34,749 nucleotides of DNA from Pseudomonadota bacterium. Its GTDB lineage: Bacteria > Pseudomonadota > Alphaproteobacteria > Rhizobiales > CALHAX01. A model generated the notes under the pieces. That model saw only the letters and a program-made list of their open reading frames with translations, had not been told where the DNA came from and made no database searches. The first letter of the stretch is position 1. Every line of letters starts with the position of its first letter. The position numbers and the translations under genes were made by a program. The stretch lies in assembly GCA_038523655.1 (NCBI GenBank), contig JBCBJG010000002.1, positions 1-34,749 on the forward strand. The letters run 5' to 3'. Positions 26,928 through 34,058 of this stretch are shown piece after piece.

Positions 26928-27041
26928 CGTCTCCGCTGCAATTAAGGCCGGCACGCGCCGTGCGCATGTGACGCTTGGATTGCGCCCTCGGGCGGGATCG
27001 GGTCAACTCGTTTACGTTCCGCGATCAGAGAGGGCGAAGCC

Positions 27042-27800
27042 ATGGCCGTCGATACCGTCACGCCGCTGCACCACAATGATCCGCACTGGGAAGACCGGGT
27101 CGACCTCGCATGCCTGTTTCGCTGGACGGCGCGGCTCGGCATGCACGAGGGGATCGCGAACCACTACTCCCTTGTCGTCAACGACGATGGTTCGCAGTTC
27201 CTGATGAACCCGAAGGGTCGGCATTTCTCGCGCATCCGGGCGAGCGATCTGCTGCTGCTCGATGCGAACGACCCGACCTGCATGGATCGTCCCGATGCGC
27301 CGGAGCGGACCGCCTGGGCCCTGCATGGCGCGCTGCATCGCCGAAACCCGAAGGCCCGCTGCGCGCTGCACGTGCATTCGACCTACGCGACGGCGCTCTC
27401 CACCCTCGCCGATCCCACGCTGCCGCCGATCGACCAGAATACGATGCGGTTTTTCGAGCGTGTCGCTGTCGACGACGGCTACGACGGGATGGGGGTCGGG
27501 GACGAGGCGGAACGGGTCTGCCAACAATTTGCGGACAAGAGCATCCTCATCATGGGTAACCACGGGGTGATGCTGCATGGACCGTCGGCGGCGTGGGCGT
27601 TCGATGAACTCTACTATTTCGAGAAGGCGGCGCAGACGTATCTGATCGCGCTGTCGAGCGGGCAGGCGTTGTCGCGCGTCTCTGATGCGGTTGCGCGCAA
27701 GACTGCAGCGCAGTGGCTCGAAATTCCGGAGGCGGCGGACGAGCACCTCGCGGAGTTGAAAGCGATCCTCGACGACGAGGAACCGGACTATCGCACCTAA
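27042..27800 (+). CDS. class II aldolase/adducin-family protein
   Basis: The 252-aa product has His-rich metal-site segments (ALHVHSTYATAL, GNHGVMLHG) typical of the class II aldolase/adducin N-terminal fold. Confidence 0.9.
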   Translation: MAVDTVTPLHHNDPHWEDRVDLACLFRWTARLGMHEGIANHYSLVVNDDGSQFLMNPKGRHFSRIRASDLLLLDANDPTCMDRPDAPERTAWALHGALHRRNPKARCALHVHSTYATALSTLADPTLPPIDQNTMRFFERVAVDDGYDGMGVGDEAERVCQQFADKSILIMGNHGVMLHGPSAAWAFDELYYFEKAAQTYLIALSSGQALSRVSDAVARKTAAQWLEIPEAADEHLAELKAILDDEEPDYRT

Positions 27801-27889
27801 CGTCCGCACCGCCCGCCTTCTGCCGCGAGGTCGCGATCCGGCTGCCGCTGCGCGGCGGTTTTCATCAGGGGTTTTTGCTCCGCTGACGC

Positions 27890-29605
27890 TTATCCGTCCG
27901 AGCGTTGGCGGCGTGGCGCGATACCAAGCATCGGGGCTGCCCGCCGCACAATGCGTGCCGTGAGCGGCGCAGCCGTCGTCGATGCGTCGGCGCTTCCCGT
28001 TGCGTCTGCAGCAAGCGGGCGCTTCGGCTCGAAAAGCACAGCCAGCGTGACGTAGCGCGGCGCAACCATAGGAAATGCGCCGACGAACGAGGTGATCGTC
28101 CGTTCGGCGTCATAGCCGCCGGCGGTCGCGCGCAATGCCGTGCCGGTTTTTCCTCCCACGTCATACCCCGGAACGCGGGCACGTACGCCGGTACCGCGCG
28201 CAACATTTGCGCGGAAGTAGCGGCGCAACTCTGCGGAGGTCTCCGGTCGCAGCACGCGGCGCGGCGGGGGGAGCGACGAGGTCCGCACGACATGCGGCTG
28301 AAGGGCGTGGCCGCCGTTGATGAGGCTCGCCGTCGCGGCGGCAAGCTGGAGCGGCGTCGTCGCGACGCCATAGCCATAGCCGGCGGTCATCGTGTTCACG
28401 TCGCGCCACGGCTTCGGGAGACGCGCGTGGGGACCTCGGCCAAGCTCGGTCAACAGGCGACCCGTGACACCGAGCCGGGAGAATGCCGCAAGCAGCTTTT
28501 CCTCTCCGAGATTCAATGCGAGCGTTGCCGCACCCACGTTCGATGAACGGGTGAAAACATCTTCGAGCGAAAGCTTTCCGGCAACGCGCGGTGGATCGGT
28601 GATCGTGAAGTCATCGCGGGTCAGTGCGGCGCGGGTATCAATTCGGGCGAGCGGCGTCACGGCGCCGGTATCGAGCGCGGCGGCGATGACGAGCGGCTTC
28701 ATCACGGAGCCTAGCTCGTAGCGCGCGAGGGCCAGGCGATTGACGCTGCCGTCCGCACGCTGTGCCTGGGGCGCTGCGGCATGCGTGGACTGCGCACCGC
28801 TCCCCGACGCATCGCGCGGTTTTGCCGGGGTATGCGGGTCGTAGCTCGGCAGCGATACCGACGCGAGCAGCGCGCCCGTGCGCGCATCCATGATCAGCCC
28901 GGCGGCCGCGCGGGCGCCGGTTGCCGCCATGGCTGCCGAGAGTTCGCCCGCCACCACATGTTGAACACCCAGATCGAGTGTCAGATGCACGGGCGGTCGC
29001 GCAGACCGACGGGCATCATCCGCCGGATCGACACCGATCACTTCCTGGAGGAAAATTTCGGCAGCGGCTTTGCCGTCGTTGTCGATGTCGACGTGGCCGA
29101 CAGTGTGCGCCGTCAGGGCGCCGGCTGGATAGCGCCGTTGCAATTCGTCGCGAAAGGCGAGGCCCGGCAGCCCAAGCGCAGCAATCCGACCGGCTACGTC
29201 TGCGTCGAGCCCGCGCGCGATCCAGACGAAACGGCGCGCGCGGTTGTCGAGCCGGTCACGCATCGCGCGCCACTCGATTGTCGGGAAGATCGGCGCGAGG
29301 AACGCGATCACTTCGTCCACGTCGACGATCAACGCCGGGTCAGCGAACAGTGAGGGCCGCGCAACGTCCGTCGCGAGCACGCGGCCGCGGCGGTCGAGGA
29401 TGTCGGGGCGAGCCCAGCCGTGGGTGATCGGTCGGGCGGAAGCCATTGTCACGACGGGGCGCTCGGCTAGCCCATGCCGGACAAGCTGCCCGGCGAGCAG
29501 GCCGAACGTGGCGACGATGGTCAGCGCGAGGCCGAATGTCCGTCTGCGATGGCGTAACCCATCGAGCCGGTGATTTTCCGCGCGGCGGTGCGCAGGTTGG
29601 CTCAT
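27890..29605 (-). CDS. peptidoglycan D,D-transpeptidase FtsI (PBP3-type class B PBP)
   Basis: An N-terminal TM anchor is present. The transpeptidase motifs are SVMK (SxxK), SSN (SxN) and KTGT. It lies immediately after ftsL, with an ATGA overlap at 29602-29605. Confidence 0.9.
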   Translation of the reverse strand: MSQPAHRRAENHRLDGLRHRRRTFGLALTIVATFGLLAGQLVRHGLAERPVVTMASARPITHGWARPDILDRRGRVLATDVARPSLFADPALIVDVDEVIAFLAPIFPTIEWRAMRDRLDNRARRFVWIARGLDADVAGRIAALGLPGLAFRDELQRRYPAGALTAHTVGHVDIDNDGKAAAEIFLQEVIGVDPADDARRSARPPVHLTLDLGVQHVVAGELSAAMAATGARAAAGLIMDARTGALLASVSLPSYDPHTPAKPRDASGSGAQSTHAAAPQAQRADGSVNRLALARYELGSVMKPLVIAAALDTGAVTPLARIDTRAALTRDDFTITDPPRVAGKLSLEDVFTRSSNVGAATLALNLGEEKLLAAFSRLGVTGRLLTELGRGPHARLPKPWRDVNTMTAGYGYGVATTPLQLAAATASLINGGHALQPHVVRTSSLPPPRRVLRPETSAELRRYFRANVARGTGVRARVPGYDVGGKTGTALRATAGGYDAERTITSFVGAFPMVAPRYVTLAVLFEPKRPLAADATGSADASTTAAPLTARIVRRAAPMLGIAPRRQRSDG

Positions 29606-30135
29606 CGCGCTTTTTCCTCCGCGAGGATTCCGGTCGCGGTGGCAGCGCGGACAGGCGCGGCCGGACGGCGCGCCTGCTGGGGCGAGACGGGCGCGGCCGG
29701 AATGTGCGTTTGCGTGCGCGAGGCGGGCGTCTGCTTCGGTAAGACCGACGCAGACGTCGCGCGTCGGATGCGGCGATCACCGCGTTCTCCGCGCGCTGCG
29801 GATCGTTGCTGACGGGCGCGAGGCTGACGTGCTCCGGGCTTGGGCGCGGTGCTGGGCGGGGCGTCCCCGACAAGGTCACCGAGCGCGGCAAACTGGCCAG
29901 GTGCGAGCGGGCCGTACCCGAGGTGCTCGATCGCAAGTCTTTCGATCCGCTCAGGCCGGGTCAGTTCACCCCAGCGCGCGCGCAGCCGAGCCACGCGCTG
30001 ACCGGCTGCATGCGTTTCCCGATCGAGCTGCTTGGCGCGCGCCTCGAGGCGACGCGTGTCCGTCTTGATCGCGTACAACGCGAACACGGACAGGATCGTC
30101 AACGTCCACAACACGGTCGTCGCGAGGGTGCGCAT
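29602..30135 (-). CDS. ftsL: cell division protein FtsL (with a long basic Pro/Ala/Arg-rich C-terminal tail)
   Basis: A short cytoplasmic N-terminus and a single TM (VLWTLTILSVFALYAI) are followed by a coiled-coil segment and the conserved RPERIERLAIEHLG motif. It sits between rsmH and ftsI. Confidence 0.75.
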   Translation of the reverse strand: MRTLATTVLWTLTILSVFALYAIKTDTRRLEARAKQLDRETHAAGQRVARLRARWGELTRPERIERLAIEHLGYGPLAPGQFAALGDLVGDAPPSTAPKPGARQPRARQQRSAARGERGDRRIRRATSASVLPKQTPASRTQTHIPAAPVSPQQARRPAAPVRAATATGILAEEKAR

Positions 30136-30193
30136 GGCCGAGGCCCATTCGGTTACCGCCGGTGTTCGCTGCGCCGAGCGGCAGCGTCGTCAC

Positions 30194-31192
30194 TCACAAC
30201 GAGAGGCGCGGAAGCCCGAGTGTCTGGCCGACCGTCCCGAGATCAACCGGGTGGGGCGCGGCAGACGTGCGCACTGCGTGACGCAGGGTTGCCGAGCGTG
30301 CGCGCGGATTCGCCTTAACCTCTCGTTCACCCGGCTTTATCCCGGAAGAGTTAACGCTTTGGAAACTGGCCTCGGGCGCGGCCGCCTCGGGCATGTGCCG
30401 CGAACCGCGGGGGCGGCTACTGCTGCGGGCGCGCAGGAAGCGTTTGACGATACGGTCCTCGAGCGAATGGAACGTGACGACGGCGAGGCGACCGCCGGGG
30501 CGCAACACCTGCTCGGCGGCGACAAGTGCCTGGACCAGCTCACCGAGTTCGTCATTGACCGCAATGCGCAGCGCCTGAAACGTCCGGGTTGCGGGGTGTC
30601 GATCCGAGCCGCCTCTATGCCGCGGGAGTGGCGGGGCGACCTCGGCCACCAACGCTGCGAGATCGCTTGTCCGCGTGAACGGCTTGGCGGCGCGCCGGGC
30701 GACGATCGCCGCTGCGATCCGGCGTGATTTTTTCTCTTCTCCATAAACGAAGAGCAACCGGGCCAGCGTCGCTGCATCGAGCGTGTTGACCAAATCGGCG
30801 GCACTCGGGCCATCCAGCGACATCCGCATATCGAGCGGGCCGTCCTTCTGGAACGAGAAGCCGCGCTCCGCCTGATCGAGCTGCATGGAAGAGACACCGA
30901 TATCCAGCACGATCGCATCGATGGGGGCGGCAACCTCTTCACTTGCGATCTGCGCGAGTTCGGAGAACGGTGCCTGGTGCAACGTCAGGCGGCCGGGATG
31001 TGCGGCGACGAGATCGGCCCCCGCAGCGATAGCCTCGGGATCACGGTCAATCGCGTGCACGTGGGCGACGGGCGTTGCGAGGAGCCGGGCGGTGTAGCCG
31101 CCCGCGCCGAATGTGCCGTCGACGACGACGTCCCCCTGCTGTGGGGCGAGCACCTCCGCGACTTCATCAAGCAGCACGGGGATGTGGCGCAT
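30194..31192 (-). CDS. rsmH: 16S rRNA (cytosine1402-N4)-methyltransferase RsmH (MraW)
   Basis: The motifs HIPVLLDEV, DGTFGAGGY, DIGVSSMQLD and SFHSLEDRIVK are present. The ATG at 31192 (MRHIPVLL) is preferred. The upstream in-frame ATG at 31246 is possible. Confidence 0.9.
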   Translation of the reverse strand: MRHIPVLLDEVAEVLAPQQGDVVVDGTFGAGGYTARLLATPVAHVHAIDRDPEAIAAGADLVAAHPGRLTLHQAPFSELAQIASEEVAAPIDAIVLDIGVSSMQLDQAERGFSFQKDGPLDMRMSLDGPSAADLVNTLDAATLARLLFVYGEEKKSRRIAAAIVARRAAKPFTRTSDLAALVAEVAPPLPRHRGGSDRHPATRTFQALRIAVNDELGELVQALVAAEQVLRPGGRLAVVTFHSLEDRIVKRFLRARSSSRPRGSRHMPEAAAPEASFQSVNSSGIKPGEREVKANPRARSATLRHAVRTSAAPHPVDLGTVGQTLGLPRLSL

Positions 31193-31270
31193 AGCGGCAT
31201 TATTCTCCGCACGAAGAGTTGCTGGTGCACGACTAAAAGGGACCATTATCGGGACTTAAATGGGCCATCG

Positions 31271-31285
31271 TTAAACGTTTGTTAA
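31271..31285. promoter_or_regulatory. perfect CtrA-type box TTAA-N7-TTAA in the divergent intergenic region upstream of rsmH
   Basis: TTAA is at 31271-31274, the spacer ACGTTTG follows, and the second TTAA is at 31282-31285. The box lies in a locally AT-richer stretch between rsmH and the ORF at 31329. Confidence 0.35.
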
Positions 31286-31328
31286 GCATAGCAGTTGGGT
31301 AGGTGTTCAGTAGCGTGGAGTGTGGTCG

Positions 31329-31742
31329 ATGTCCCCTCGATCGACTTTTGGTTGGGTTGTCGGATGCGCGACGATCCTCGGTACCATTTTCGCCGGCATC
31401 AGCGTCAAGGAAGACCTGGGCGTCTACTATACTTCAGCGAAAGAGACGCTGGACGACACGTTGCGGGGTCCGATCCATGACGGGCCGGGCGCAGCGCAGC
31501 AACTCCCGATCGTGCCCCCGGTGATCAAGCCGGCCACTGCCGTCGCGGAGACTAAAGCAGAGTCACGATCGGCGGCGTCACGCTCGACTCCGCGGAATAC
31601 CCAGGTTCGATCGCAGCGGACACGCACCGTGATCCGGACAACGCGGCGGACCACTCCGCGTCGTGCACGGCCCTCACGCCCCCGGACTGTGAACTGGCTC
31701 GAAGCATCAAAGCCGATCCCTCATCCGACGACGAACCGCTGA
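31329..31742 (+). CDS. hypothetical membrane-anchored protein with an Arg/Thr/Pro-rich tail
   Basis: The track ORF is 31320-31742, with a GTG at 31320 and an ATG at 31329. It has one TM segment (FGWVVGCATILGTIFAGI) and then a disordered basic tail (RTRTVIRTTRRTTPRRARPSRPR). GC3 is moderately high. I recognise no family. Confidence 0.4.
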   Translation: MSPRSTFGWVVGCATILGTIFAGISVKEDLGVYYTSAKETLDDTLRGPIHDGPGAAQQLPIVPPVIKPATAVAETKAESRSAASRSTPRNTQVRSQRTRTVIRTTRRTTPRRARPSRPRTVNWLEASKPIPHPTTNR

Positions 31743-31976
31743 GGCACCCCGTCCCGGACCGGTTGCGCGCAGGCGACCAGACCGGCGTGCGACAGGCTCC
31801 GGCCCCATCACCGTTTACCCGCTGAGCACGGCTTTGCGTTAACGGCAATCGGCGCCAACGCTTGGCGTCGGCGCCTTCTGCGGGCTTGCTCCGAGACCTG
31901 ATGGCGGGCCGACGAGGTGTGCGCGGGTGACAGGGTACATCGCCGATCCAGAGGGACGCGCAGGGGAAGGAGTGCG

Positions 31977-33071
31977 ATGAGAGGTCTCGCGGGCAATCTC
32001 ATGCTGGCGGCTGCATCGCTGCTCGTAACGCTCGGGCTGATCGAAGTTGCGCTCTGGACAATGCCGGTCGTGGAGGTCGCGCGGACTCAGACGCTCGCGC
32101 GGGATGGCAAGCCGTTTGATGTCTCGTCCAAGATCAGCGCTAGCGTCACCTATTCCGACGGCTGGGCGTTCCGCAATCCGCAAACCAAACGCACGAACAA
32201 TTTCGGTTTTTTTTCCCGGCACGACTATCTGCGCGGGGCGGACGCAGTGCTCGCGATCGGCGACTCCTACACCGAAGCTGCGCAGGTTTCGTTCGGGCAA
32301 ACCTTCCATCAAATCGCGGCGCGCCGGATCGGGCGCCCGGTCTACAATTTTGGTCTCTCCGGCGCGCCATTATCCCAGTACGAAGCGTATCTCGAACAGG
32401 CGTGCGAGATGTTCCGGCCGCGCGCGGCCGCTTTTGCGATCATCCACAACGACTTCGACGAAAGTTTCCGCGGATGGCGCGCGCGGGACGGTTTCTTTCA
32501 TTATGACGACTCGCCGCCGCATGCCCTCACGCCAACGCCATACGACATATCCATGCTGCGGCGGATCGCAACGCAGTCGAGCCTCGTGCGCTACCTGTTC
32601 TTCAACCTGCACCTGCGCAGCTACATCAGGCAATTTACCTCCGGCAGCGCCGCCACCCACTCGGTCTCGATCGCTTTCTCCGGTGCTTCCAATGCGCCGG
32701 CAGCGATCAAACGAGCGGGCATCGACCGCTTCCTCGATGGGGTTGCCACGTACTGCTTACCGAAAACACGTATTATTTTCCTCCTCGATACGGACCGCGA
32801 GGCCATCTACGCCGGCGTGTCGCGCCGGGATGAAAACATGATGTACTTCCGGTCGGCCGCGAAGGCGCGCGGCTTCATCACGGTCGATCTGCACGATGCG
32901 TTCGCGCGCACCTACATGCGCGACGCTCGACGGTTCGACGCGATCACCGATCCGCACTGGAACGCGCGGGGCCATGCACTTGTCGGGCAGGCGCTGGTGA
33001 CGGCATTGCGCACCATTCCGGACATCGCGAAATCCTCGCAGACATCCGCACTCGATGCACTGGCGGAGTGA
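31977..33071 (+). CDS. membrane-anchored SGNH/GDSL-like hydrolase or acyltransferase (AlgX/AlgJ-like)
   Basis: The ORF is trimmed to the ATG at 31977, which is preceded by GGGGAAGGAG. An N-terminal TM segment is present. The motifs are the GDS block (LAIGDSYTE), a Gly block (FGLSGA), an ND block (IIHNDFDE) and a C-terminal DPHWNARGH block. Confidence 0.7.
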   Translation: MRGLAGNLMLAAASLLVTLGLIEVALWTMPVVEVARTQTLARDGKPFDVSSKISASVTYSDGWAFRNPQTKRTNNFGFFSRHDYLRGADAVLAIGDSYTEAAQVSFGQTFHQIAARRIGRPVYNFGLSGAPLSQYEAYLEQACEMFRPRAAAFAIIHNDFDESFRGWRARDGFFHYDDSPPHALTPTPYDISMLRRIATQSSLVRYLFFNLHLRSYIRQFTSGSAATHSVSIAFSGASNAPAAIKRAGIDRFLDGVATYCLPKTRIIFLLDTDREAIYAGVSRRDENMMYFRSAAKARGFITVDLHDAFARTYMRDARRFDAITDPHWNARGHALVGQALVTALRTIPDIAKSSQTSALDALAE

Positions 33072-33139
33072 AATGACGCGCGGGCCCGAGACTGATTTTT
33101 TCCGAACGCCGCGAGCGGTTTAAAAGACGCTCGGGCGGG

Positions 33140-33543
<404 letters not shown>

Positions 33544-33546
33544 ACC

Positions 33547-33575
33547 AAAGAGACCCGGGGAGCCCGTGTCGTCAA
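33547..33575 (-). promoter_or_regulatory. candidate sigma70-type promoter of rnpB
   Basis: On the minus strand, TTGACG (33570-33575) is followed by a 17-nt spacer and CTCTTT (33547-33552), about 6 nt before the P1 helix. The -35 element is good and the -10 element is poor. Confidence 0.25.
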
Positions 33576-34058
33576 GCGGTGAGGGTTTGCGGCGTGCATC
33601 ACACCCGAACAGGGGCTTCGACGGAGGCGCCGGCGAAAGCTGGGTCACAGAGAAAGGGTGCCAACGGGCGGTGCGCTGTAACTTCATCAAAGCCTATCGC
33701 GCGACAGCCGTTCGAGTTGCAGCTCAGCAGACCCACCAACACGTTGCGCTCGTGCGCGTACACCACGCAACGGGCTGCAAATCCCTACGGAAACATTAAC
33801 GTTTTCACGTAGTTGCAGCCGCCTAATGGCCATGTTTGCACGTATTCGGTAACCTTAGGAGTGTATTGTCCGGGTCGGCCTACATTAGACGGGCGGCGGC
33901 AGGGCACGATCCAGTCACGTTGGGCGGTCAGCTGCATCAGCCCCTGACAGTTGCTGCGTGCACGCGCTGAATGCCTCGGGCTCGACGATACGACAGCCAA
34001 GATGATTGCGGCATGACCGCAGATACGAAGGCGGCTCAGCCGCGGGGAGACGGGTTCC

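Noticed and set aside
33072-33139. A possible bidirectional terminator between the SGNH-like gene and rnpB (a T6 run at about 33094-33100 and a CGAGCG/CGCTCG hairpin).
   Set aside because: The T-run is not preceded by a convincing stem, and the 6-bp hairpin is not followed by a U-run on either strand. The evidence is too weak to report as a feature.
33612-33627. GGGGCTTCGACGGAGG, reminiscent of a tmRNA 5' end (GGGG...UUCGACGGG).
   Set aside because: There is no T-arm/CCA acceptor piece and no tag reading frame ending in a hydrophobic Ala-rich tail. There is also no permuted two-piece arrangement nearby on either strand.
33827-33840. TGGCCATGTTTGCA, superficially similar to a sigma-54 -24/-12 promoter.
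   Set aside because: The GG and GC dinucleotides are 2 nt closer together than in the TGGCAC-N5-TTGC consensus. That spacing is essentially invariant, so this is not a sigma-54 promoter.
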